From: an uncultured Planctomycetaceae bacterium | Lineage (GTDB): Bacteria > Planctomycetota > Planctomycetia > Pirellulales > PALSA-1355 | Assembly: GCA_964598535.1 (NCBI GenBank) | Contig: CAZRCI010000005.1 | Coordinates: 66,287 to 130,286 of the forward strand | Direction: 5' to 3' | DNA: 64,000 nt | Shown: positions 16,606 to 24,118 of the stretch, one piece after another | Layout: the number at the start of each line of letters is the position of its first letter | Numbering within the stretch: the first letter of the stretch is position 1 | Program-made: the position numbers and the translations under genes | Notes under the pieces: generated by a model | Seen by the model: the letters and a program-made list of their open reading frames with translations, nothing else | Databases searched by the model: none | What the model was told of the DNA's origin: nothing

Positions 16606-17345
16606 CAGCGGTAACCTCCCCAGCCGCCACCGGTGTAGGCCTGGAGCGTGGCATAGCTGGTGTAGGCCAGGTAACCGCAGAAGAACGTGAGATAACCGTC
16701 TTGCAAACGTGTCCAAGCCAGAACCGCGGCGCCAACCGCGACAAAGATCGACAGCCACAGCGACATCTGCATGCCGTCGCGCGGATTGGCCATTGTGAGC
16801 ACTTCGCTAGAAATGCGTCCTCCGTCGAGCGGCCAGATTGGCAACAGATTCGCCAGGCCCCAGAAGATGTTTACGTACAAAAGGTCGTAGAGCAAGATCG
16901 TCAGGTTGCGGCTCTCGAAACGCTCGAAGATCACCGGCAAACGGGTTTCCGGCCAGCCCCAAGCCACCTCGTGCCCGGAAAGCTTGATGCCGGCCACGAT
17001 CAGCGCGGCGAAGAGAAAGCCCGCGCCTGGGCCAGCGAAAGAGATCAGGATTTGCGCGGCGTGGCTGCGATACGTCGGTCGATAAGACGCGAGGCCGCCA
17101 AAACCATAGAGCGTGATCCAGGGTTGCCAGCCGTGCGCCAGAGCTGCAAAGGCATGCCCGAGTTCATGGATCAGGATGGAGACGAAGACGGTGCCGATCC
17201 ACAGCAAGAGCTCGGCGGGCTGCGGATCGCTGCCTGCGCCGAGGATCGCCGCCACGAGCCAAAAGAACGGATGCACGCGCACCGGAATGCCAAAGAGGCT
17301 GAAGCACAGGTCGTAGGGCGTCCGATTCGGTTCGGTGAGCAGCAC
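16605..17345 (-). CDS. M50-family (site-2 protease-like) membrane metalloprotease
   Basis: 246-aa polytopic protein with HELGHAF zinc motif and a downstream LPIWPLDGG motif. Confidence 0.88.
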   Translation of the reverse strand: MLLTEPNRTPYDLCFSLFGIPVRVHPFFWLVAAILGAGSDPQPAELLLWIGTVFVSILIHELGHAFAALAHGWQPWITLYGFGGLASYRPTYRSHAAQILISFAGPGAGFLFAALIVAGIKLSGHEVAWGWPETRLPVIFERFESRNLTILLYDLLYVNIFWGLANLLPIWPLDGGRISSEVLTMANPRDGMQMSLWLSIFVAVGAAVLAWTRLQDGYLTFFCGYLAYTSYATLQAYTGGGWGGYR

Positions 17346-17429
17346 GTTGTTTTCGTGTCCTGTTGGGGACCGTGAGGAGAGGCCGCTCGCGGGCCATGCG
17401 CCAAATTCTACTACGCAGGCGGCCGCCGG

Positions 17430-18704
17430 TCAGGCCGCGGTGCGCGTTTGCGGCCGGCTGGGCGGTGCGGAAGGCGCCGCCGGTCGGGGCAAATAGTGAG
17501 GCGTCGGGACCGGCTGCGGCCGTTGGGCCAGGTCGGCCAGGATGTATTCCGCGGCGCTGCGCGCAGCGCCACCATGTCCAACTTCGGCTTTGAGCTGGGT
17601 AAGCCGCTCGACCAGCCGCTGGCGTTCATCGCGGTCGGTGAGCCAGCGAATGACATGGCCTGCGAGCTGGCGCGACTTATCGCCGCACGTGACGTATTCG
17701 GGGTAGAGCACCTCGGGCGTCTCGCCGGCCTCGGGATCATAGGTCGTCGCATCGCCATCGAAGGGATCGTTGGACGAGAGCAAGTTGACCAGCGTGATGT
17801 ACTTCACGCGGCGATAACGCCGCTGGAGCACGTAGCCTAGGCGCGAGATCCAGTAGAGGATCGCCGTGGGTTTGCATTGGTAGAGCAGTTCGAGCGATAC
17901 CGAACCGGACACGGCCAGACAGCAATCGGCCAGATGGATGAGCTCGGGCGTACGTTTGAGAAACACTTGGATCTCAAGACCGCTGGCGGCGACGGCCTGG
18001 CGCGCCATCTCAGCCTGGTGCGGTTTGAATGCCGCGATGGCAAAGCGAGCTTGGGGCACCTGTTGATGGATGATCGCCGCGGCTTTCAAAAAGTACCGCA
18101 GGTTGTGTTCGACCTCCTGGGTCCGCGAGCCGGGAAGAATCGCCACGAGCGGGCGCGTGTCGTCGCGATGTTCGGCCAGGAACCGTGGATCGAGCCGTTG
18201 GCGACGAACTTCATCGAAGTAAGGATGGCCAATGAACGTGGCGTTGGCGCCACGATCGCGGTACCAACGCTGCTCGAATGGCAAACTGCATAGCACGTGG
18301 TCGACAAACCGGCGCACCTTGCGAATGCGATGCGTGGCCCAGGCCCAGACTTGCGGCGGCGCGAAGTAGAACACCGGAATTCCGTGTGCTTTCGCCCGGC
18401 GGGCGATCCACCAGTTGAAGCCTGGGTAGTCGATGAGCACCACGGCGTCAGGACGGTGATGGCGGAAATAGCGATCTGCCCGGCCGGCGAGCGCCAGAAA
18501 CTTATGGATGTTCAGGATCACGCGAAGCACCCACATCACGGCCAACACCGTCATGTCGGTGTGCAGCTTACAGCCGGCGGTCGCCATCTCCGGGCCACCA
18601 TAGCCGACGGCCTCGATATCGTTGCCCTGAGCGTGGAGTTGCCGAATGAGATTTGCGCCGTGCAAGTCGCCACTAGGTTCGCCGGCCGAAAAGAAGATCT
18701 TCAT
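17430..18704 (-). CDS. lpxB: Lipid-A-disaccharide synthase with Pro-rich C-terminal tail
   Basis: N-terminus MKIFFSAGEPSGDLHGANLI is typical of LpxB, and GT19-like sequence continues throughout. A ~40-aa P/A-rich extension ends the protein. Confidence 0.93.
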   Translation of the reverse strand: MKIFFSAGEPSGDLHGANLIRQLHAQGNDIEAVGYGGPEMATAGCKLHTDMTVLAVMWVLRVILNIHKFLALAGRADRYFRHHRPDAVVLIDYPGFNWWIARRAKAHGIPVFYFAPPQVWAWATHRIRKVRRFVDHVLCSLPFEQRWYRDRGANATFIGHPYFDEVRRQRLDPRFLAEHRDDTRPLVAILPGSRTQEVEHNLRYFLKAAAIIHQQVPQARFAIAAFKPHQAEMARQAVAASGLEIQVFLKRTPELIHLADCCLAVSGSVSLELLYQCKPTAILYWISRLGYVLQRRYRRVKYITLVNLLSSNDPFDGDATTYDPEAGETPEVLYPEYVTCGDKSRQLAGHVIRWLTDRDERQRLVERLTQLKAEVGHGGAARSAAEYILADLAQRPQPVPTPHYLPRPAAPSAPPSRPQTRTAA

Positions 18705-18928
18705 AGAGACACAACAAGGGTATGCGGAGGATGCGAACGAGAGTTCACCGTGAAAGCATGTTAGCAGGCCGATCGACAGTCGATTGTCCAGGGCTCCTCG
18801 CTCGCGCTTCGGGCTCGGGGAGCGTCAAGCCGATTCAGTTGGGTGGCGTTCCCCGAGTATTGCCGCAAAGTATCTCAGAACTTGGCAAGACGGGTAAAGT
18901 GCAGTTCATTCGCGGGAGAGCCGGAGTG

Positions 18929-18971
18929 GAAAAAACAGGGGCCGAAAGTCCTGTGTGGACTTTCGGCCCCT
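18929..18971 (-). terminator. Intrinsic terminator downstream of the YHS-like gene
   Basis: 15-bp perfect stem AGGGGCCGAAAGTCC / GGACTTTCGGCCCCT (18937-18951 / 18957-18971) with a 5-nt loop. The plus-strand A6 run at 18930-18935 gives GTTTTTTC after the hairpin on the minus strand. Confidence 0.75.
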
Positions 18972-19007
18972 AGGGGTACTTTCGCGGGCACGCCGGTCTG
19001 GCGCGAT

Positions 19008-19451
19008 TTACTTCTTGGCGGCTTCGAAGCCCTTGCTGATGTCGGCGAACAGCAGGGTGATCAGCTCGTCCGGCGTTTTTGCTCCGTTGGCCTTCTTCAG
19101 GCAACCGGCGCAGCAAACCGCCACCTTCTCGCCCTCGACCTCGACGATCTTGTCTTCCGCGGCCGGACGGCCAGCCAACGGGCATTTCACTTGCTTGATC
19201 TGTTCGGTCTGGAACAGTTGGAAGTTGGCCTTCGCGGCGAACTTCTCCGAATCCTTTTCAAACGCTTTGAGACAATTCGGGCAGCAGAACGTTACTTTAC
19301 CCCCGTTGAATTCCGCTGAGTGTTCCGCCTTGGCGGGCTGTCCCGAGACCGGGCACTTCAGTTCCTTGGCCTTTTCTTCGTCGGCGCGTAGCGAGCCCGA
19401 GGCGACAGCGGTCAGCAGGGCAACGGCGGCAATGGCAAGACGCAGCTTCAT
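19008..19451 (-). CDS. Exported protein with two YHS-like Cys motifs
   Basis: Start at MKLRLAIAAVALLTAVASGS (signal peptide). Two repeats of KCP[VL][SA]G.P-x16-CC..CL have identical spacing and resemble the YHS/TRASH metal-binding pattern (CPVxG...FCS..C...F). Confidence 0.8.
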   Translation of the reverse strand: MKLRLAIAAVALLTAVASGSLRADEEKAKELKCPVSGQPAKAEHSAEFNGGKVTFCCPNCLKAFEKDSEKFAAKANFQLFQTEQIKQVKCPLAGRPAAEDKIVEVEGEKVAVCCAGCLKKANGAKTPDELITLLFADISKGFEAAKK

Positions 19452-19559
19452 GGGTATGGTTCCTTTTACTTTATGGAATTGGTTTTTGTTTTGGCCCAGC
19501 AGTTTCACGGCCTGCGTTCCGACACAGGCGATTTACAAGAGACCACCGAGCGCGACCAC

Positions 19560-19587
19560 AATTATTCAAACAAAATTATTCAAACAA
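19560..19587. repeat. Perfect 14-bp tandem direct repeat in AT-rich region upstream of the YHS-like gene
   Basis: AATTATTCAAACAA x2 on the plus strand, which reads TTGTTTGAATAATT x2 on the coding strand. It lies 109-136 nt upstream of the ATG at 19451. Confidence 0.6.
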
Positions 19588-19674
19588 GCAGACGATCAAA
19601 CTGGAGACGGGCGCCGGATGATATTGCGCTGGGCAGCTTGAGCCCAGAGATCAGCGCGCAATGCCGCCGAAGAA

Positions 19675-20139
19675 TCAGACGGTCCAGCGGCAGTGGAGCT
19701 TATGGAGAGCAGTTCCGCCACTGGTTTCGAGCTGCACATGGCAGTGAGCAACCAGGGCTTGTTGCGCGGTGTCGACAATGGGCGCCAGCGTAGCCACGGC
19801 GACGAACTGCTCGAGCGACGATTCGCCCCGATGTTTTTCGCCCGGGATCGCGGGCGGTTGGCCGTCTGACTTGCAGTGACAGGGGGCGTCCGAAAGCGCG
19901 GGCGAAAATTCCGGATTGGCCGATTCGTGTTCCGTGCTTTCGCAGCAGGAGCGAACCTTTTCAGCACAGCAGTTGGGAGCGGCCGTTTCCGCGGACTTGG
20001 GGCCGCAGCAGCATTGACCGCTGCCTTTGATGGTACCCGTCTTACAACAGCGCGGCTGTGCAGCGACGACCGGCGCGGCAATCATGCTGACTGCCAGCAG
20101 GGCGATGCCGAGTTTTCGTACCAGCCGGTTGACCATCAT
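19675..20139 (-). CDS. Exported poly-cysteine protein
   Basis: Start at MMVNRLVRKLGIALLAVSMIAAPVVAA (signal peptide). The mature part has 13 Cys arranged as CC, CCC, CC, CC, CHC, HCH and HC. I recognise no family. Confidence 0.7.
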   Translation of the reverse strand: MMVNRLVRKLGIALLAVSMIAAPVVAAQPRCCKTGTIKGSGQCCCGPKSAETAAPNCCAEKVRSCCESTEHESANPEFSPALSDAPCHCKSDGQPPAIPGEKHRGESSLEQFVAVATLAPIVDTAQQALVAHCHVQLETSGGTALHKLHCRWTV

Positions 20140-20240
20140 GCCTGTGTGCCGTTTTGGACGCGGTGTGCGGTTCGCGGCAGTATTTTCGGCCAGCCGAGGC
20201 CGCAAAGTCAAGCAAGTTTGCCTTGCCGGAACGGATTGTC

Positions 20241-20274
20241 GGAAAAAACGTACGTCGCCGGGGCGGCCGGCGAC
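20241..20274 (-). terminator. Candidate intrinsic terminator after the CYTH gene
   Basis: GTCGCCGG-GGCGG-CCGGCGAC hairpin (20254-20274) begins 2 nt after the TAG stop. On the minus strand it is followed by GTACGTTTTTTCC. Confidence 0.55.
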
Positions 20275-20275
20275 T

Positions 20276-20848
20276 CTAAGATGTTTGATCGCTGGAGTTT
20301 CGTGCCTCGATCAGCATTTCCAGGTAACTGCGGCGTTCGCTCTGCGATAGCTCCAACTTGGCGGCCAACGCGGCAATGGCTTCTTGCGCAGCTTGCAAGC
20401 TGCTGCCATCGGCCAGGAGCTCTAGCTCGATGAAGTCGCCCACCTCGGCCACGCGATCAAGGGCGATCTCGACGGCCTTTCCATGCCAGTCGAGCGTGAG
20501 GTGCCGGCGGTGCTTGTGCACTTCGAGCACCGGCTCAAAACCGAGGGCGGCCAGCAGGTCCGACACTTGGCCAGCGCCGTCATCGCCCGCAGGCAGTTCG
20601 ACTTCGATTTCGCGGCGCGTTTTGGTGGTCGCGTCCAGCTTGGGGCCTTTGTAAGTAATATAGTTATGCGAACCGACGCGACGGAGTCGAAACGCCTCGT
20701 CCGTGTGGGCAAAATCTCGCACCGGATGGCGATAGTAGCGGTCGACTTGCTCGACGGTATCGCCGACAGACGCGCCCAGCGCGAGGAGCCGTCGCTCAAG
20801 CTCAGCCAAGTCGCTCGCGAGAAATTTCTGTTCAACTTCCAGTGGCAT
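20276..20848 (-). CDS. CYTH-domain protein (class IV adenylate cyclase / triphosphate tunnel metalloenzyme family)
   Basis: Start MPLEVEQKF carries the ExExK signature. 190 aa, typical CyaB/ThTPase size. The longer ORF-track N-terminus is not needed. Confidence 0.88.
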   Translation of the reverse strand: MPLEVEQKFLASDLAELERRLLALGASVGDTVEQVDRYYRHPVRDFAHTDEAFRLRRVGSHNYITYKGPKLDATTKTRREIEVELPAGDDGAGQVSDLLAALGFEPVLEVHKHRRHLTLDWHGKAVEIALDRVAEVGDFIELELLADGSSLQAAQEAIAALAAKLELSQSERRSYLEMLIEARNSSDQTS

Positions 20849-20912
20849 GGCGGTTTCGATAGCTAGGGGAACATGGACGGAGCAGGCCACGGTATTGTGC
20901 GGGGAGAAGACG

Positions 20913-21527
20913 ATGGACGCAACCAACAAGCCGGTCGCACGCCCGGCGCGGCCGCGTAGATGGACCTCGCTATTGCTCTTGGCCACGGTGATTGTGGTGT
21001 ACCTGGTACTGGTCAACAACCGCTCGCGGGAGCCGCTGGGCACTGTTGGCCCGGCGATCGGCAAGCGTTTGCCGCATCTCGATCTGATTGGACTGACAGA
21101 CGAGACGCGACCGGTGTCGCTCGCCGACCTGAACGGCAAGATCGTCTTGATTAATTATTGGGGCACTTGGTGTCCGCCCTGTGTTCGCGAGCTTCCAGAA
21201 ATCGAAGCAATTGGCCAGCGGTTTGCCAAGCATGGGGACTTTCGACTGTTGGCTGTATCGTGCGGGCAGGGCGGAGATGAGGATCTCTTGACGTTACGCG
21301 AGGATACCGAGCGATTCTTGCAGGCCCGCGGATCGAGGCTTGCCGCGTACGCCGATCCGGAGGCAAGCAGCCGCCGCGCAATGAATTTGGTACTGGGCGT
21401 GCCGCTTGGATATCCGACGACGTTGCTACTCGATCGTGCAGGCCGCATCCGCGGATTGTGGCAGGGATACGATTCGAGAGCCGCGGACGAGATGGAAGCC
21501 ACGATCGCGACGCTGCTGGCGAATTAA
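20913..21527 (+). CDS. TlpA/ResA-like membrane-anchored thiol-disulfide oxidoreductase
   Basis: WGTWCPPCVRELPE thioredoxin active site preceded by an N-terminal TM anchor (LLLLATVIVVYLVLV). Start taken at ATG 20913. Confidence 0.85.
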   Translation: MDATNKPVARPARPRRWTSLLLLATVIVVYLVLVNNRSREPLGTVGPAIGKRLPHLDLIGLTDETRPVSLADLNGKIVLINYWGTWCPPCVRELPEIEAIGQRFAKHGDFRLLAVSCGQGGDEDLLTLREDTERFLQARGSRLAAYADPEASSRRAMNLVLGVPLGYPTTLLLDRAGRIRGLWQGYDSRAADEMEATIATLLAN

Positions 21528-21560
21528 ACTTGGCCGGATCGCGGTGCGTTGCCGCGTTTG

Positions 21561-23135
21561 CTAATCCCGCAATTGCCGGAGGAGTTGGCGCGCCGCGGCT
21601 GCCGGATCGGTCGCCGTGACAACCGTGCCGCTGACGGCAATGCGCGAACAGCCCGCGGCGAGCACCTGAGGCAGGTTGGCGGCGGAGATGCCGCCAATCG
21701 CGAACGTGGGCAGGCTGATTTCTTCGGCCACGGCGCGCAGCAACTCAGGACCGGTGAACTCGGTAAACGGCTTGGTGCCGGAAGGGAAGGTTGGCCCGAC
21801 GCCAAGGTAGTCGGCTCCGTCGAGCACGGCGGCGCGTGCCTGTTCAAGCGAGTGGGTCGAGACGCCAATGAGTCCGTGTGGGCCAAGAATCCGGCGGGCA
21901 TCTTTTACCGTGAGTTCTTCCTGGCCAACATGGACGCCATCGGCCCCGCTGAGCACGGCCAAGTCGGGCCGGTCGTTCATAATAAAGAGCGTGTTGGAAC
22001 CTTGCGTGGCACCCCGTAGGATCCGAGCCCGGGCGAGCAATTCGCGATCGGCGAGCTGCTTGTCGCGGAGTTGGACCATCGCAACGCCCGCGGTCATGAG
22101 CGACACAACGAGGCGCTGAAATGCGTCCGTACTTTTTCCGCCGTCGATGAGGACATAGAGTTGAGCGTCGGCCAGGCGTTCAAGGTTCAAACGCGTGATG
22201 TCGGTGGCGCGTTCCAGTGTGTAGACACGGTATCGCAACTGTTCGAGCTCAGCCGCCGCCTGGGGCGACATGGTCTTGGAGAATTCCTCGAGGCTGCGGA
22301 GCGATTGCTCGACGCGTTTGAAGCTGGCGACAAGCACCGCGGACAGGTCGCTTCGCTCGACTTCGCTGGGAAGGCTTAGCGAGGCGCCGACGTCGGCGCG
22401 GGTTTCACGAGCGGCGTGGCGGCTGCCACTCGGATAGGGATTCAGGACTTGGGTCAGATCGTGGCGAAGCTGTTTGGCCAGGCGCGTGAGGTGACGATCG
22501 TCGAGATGGAACCTTAAGTAGTCTTCGATCACGCGGAGGCCTTCGCCAGCCCGGTTGGCCGCCGCGTCGATGATGCGCATGACGGAGAGTTCGTCTCCGG
22601 CTGCCGGATCGATGAGGGTGGGCCGGTGCGGATTTTGGCGAAGTTCGGCCAGACTGCGCGGCTCATCGAGCTCCAGATCCAGGGGCTCGAGCGGAAGCGG
22701 GCCGGGTTCATGGCCGGCGAGGCGGTGGATTTCGGCTTCCAATGCCTCGACTTCGAGCCCACGTTCCTGGAGCCAGCGAGATACGTCGCTCTCAGCGACG
22801 ACCAGCGCCAGCAGCAGGTGTTCGGTAGCCAGCTCGAGCGGTTGTGGATACTCGACCAGCAGCCCTTCGACCATTCTCAGGCAGTGGTTCAGGGCTCGCG
22901 ACGGAGCACGGTTCTGGGCTGCCGCCGGAATTTCGCAAAGTGAGGGGAAGCGGCGGCGAACGCTAGCAGTATCGATTTCGTAACGCGCCAGGATAAGCGC
23001 AGCCCGACACTCGGGCTCGGATAAAAGGCCCAGGAGAACCTCGGGAAGGCCGAGTTCGTCAGATTCGTCAGAACTGATCCAACCGGCGGCGACGGCCAAA
23101 GCTCGTTCGGCGCCGGGCGTAAAAGTGCTTCGCAT
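21561..23135 (-). CDS. thiE: Thiamine-phosphate synthase fused to an N-terminal Clp_N-like double repeat and a middle helical domain
   Basis: The C-terminal ~210 aa are ThiE/TenI-like (VQLRDK, DGVHVGQEEL, YLGVGPTFPSGTK, FAIGGI). Residues 1-140 show two Clp N-domain-like repeats (FTPGAERALAVAAG...EVLLGLL and LATEHLLLALV). The middle domain (RIIDAAANRAGEGLRVIEDYLRF) resembles the N-terminal extension of long ThiE forms. Confidence 0.88.
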   Translation of the reverse strand: MRSTFTPGAERALAVAAGWISSDESDELGLPEVLLGLLSEPECRAALILARYEIDTASVRRRFPSLCEIPAAAQNRAPSRALNHCLRMVEGLLVEYPQPLELATEHLLLALVVAESDVSRWLQERGLEVEALEAEIHRLAGHEPGPLPLEPLDLELDEPRSLAELRQNPHRPTLIDPAAGDELSVMRIIDAAANRAGEGLRVIEDYLRFHLDDRHLTRLAKQLRHDLTQVLNPYPSGSRHAARETRADVGASLSLPSEVERSDLSAVLVASFKRVEQSLRSLEEFSKTMSPQAAAELEQLRYRVYTLERATDITRLNLERLADAQLYVLIDGGKSTDAFQRLVVSLMTAGVAMVQLRDKQLADRELLARARILRGATQGSNTLFIMNDRPDLAVLSGADGVHVGQEELTVKDARRILGPHGLIGVSTHSLEQARAAVLDGADYLGVGPTFPSGTKPFTEFTGPELLRAVAEEISLPTFAIGGISAANLPQVLAAGCSRIAVSGTVVTATDPAAAARQLLRQLRD

Positions 23136-23428
23136 GGCATCTCTATAGTCTTTATATAAGTCTATTTTACAGGAGCTTTCGCGGGCAATCGTGAGGCGGG
23201 GCTCCGCGGTCGGGCCTGCGCGGGGTTGGCGAGGGGCCGACCCGAGAACAGGGAGCCCTCCGCCACGCTCTCACAGCCGGTGGCATGCGAGTTTGCCTAA
23301 AGTCAAGTGGCACACTCAGTTGCCTTGCTCCCCCTGGTTCTAAGAGTTAGAATTCCGTGGCGATTCGAGAAGACCGGCGAAGGTGTGCCGGTGCATGAAG
23401 CGCCAAATGTACACGGAGCCAAACAGCC

Positions 23429-23989
23429 ATGGTACGGATGCCGTGGGCGATTTATGCCTGGCCAGGCTTGCTGCAATTGTGGCGGCATGGTCAGTGGCAG
23501 GGTTTGGCGGTGGCGGTGGGCTTTGGCGTTCTACTCAACCTGCTCCTGCTGGCGAGCTTTGTCTGGGTTGAACTGTTGAGCCCTGGTTGGTTGAAGGCTG
23601 GTTGGCTGTTCGCGACGCTGTTTTGGATGGGCGCGGTTGGCCGGTCGCTGTGGCATGGCTGGGGCGTAGCCCCCCGCCAGGCACAATCGGCCGATGGAAT
23701 GTTTCGCGAGGCATTGGGCGAATACTTACAAGGAAATTGGTTTGAAGCGGAGCAGATTCTCGGGCGACTTCTCGAATTGCGGCCGCGTGACGCCGAGGGC
23801 CGGCTGATGCTGGCCACGTTGCAAAGGCACAACGGACGATTGAAAGAGGCGGTCGATCAGCTTGCCCGCTTGGAGCTGCTCACGGACGCAAGGATCTGGT
23901 CACGAGAAATCTCGGTCGAGAGACGGTTGATCGCCGAGGCAATCGAAGCGAATCAAGCAGAAACACAATCTGAGTCGGCTGCGGCCTAG
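23429..23989 (+). CDS. Membrane protein with C-terminal TPR-like repeat
   Basis: 186 aa with two N-terminal hydrophobic helices followed by a TPR-like segment (EYLQGNWFEAEQILGRLLELRPRDAEGRLMLATLQRHNGRLKEA). Confidence 0.65.
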   Translation: MVRMPWAIYAWPGLLQLWRHGQWQGLAVAVGFGVLLNLLLLASFVWVELLSPGWLKAGWLFATLFWMGAVGRSLWHGWGVAPRQAQSADGMFREALGEYLQGNWFEAEQILGRLLELRPRDAEGRLMLATLQRHNGRLKEAVDQLARLELLTDARIWSREISVERRLIAEAIEANQAETQSESAAA

Positions 23990-24118
23990 CCGAGCCGGTA
24001 AACCCTACCCCAACGGAACCACCACTCCTACAATTCCTGGTAACGTAGCGAGCGACAATTGGCGGGCGGACGTGCGGCAAGCGGCTGCGGTGTCACTCCT
24101 GCTTCAACGGAGAGCAAC

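Noticed and set aside
23281-23323. Two sigma-54 promoter-like strings (TGGCATGCGAGTTTGC and TGGCACACTCAGTTGC) upstream of the TPR gene
   Set aside because: In both strings the GG and GC dinucleotides are 11 nt apart rather than the canonical 10. No other TGGCAC-N5-TTGC match was seen near the two bEBP-like genes. Not called, though it deserves a formal PWM scan.
23136-23330. Possible TPP riboswitch upstream of the thiE fusion
   Set aside because: The minus-strand leader is GC-rich and can form nested helices. It has CUGUGAGA rather than CUGAGA, and no ACCUGA or GCGUAGGGA core elements. A covariance-model scan (Rfam RF00059) would be decisive.
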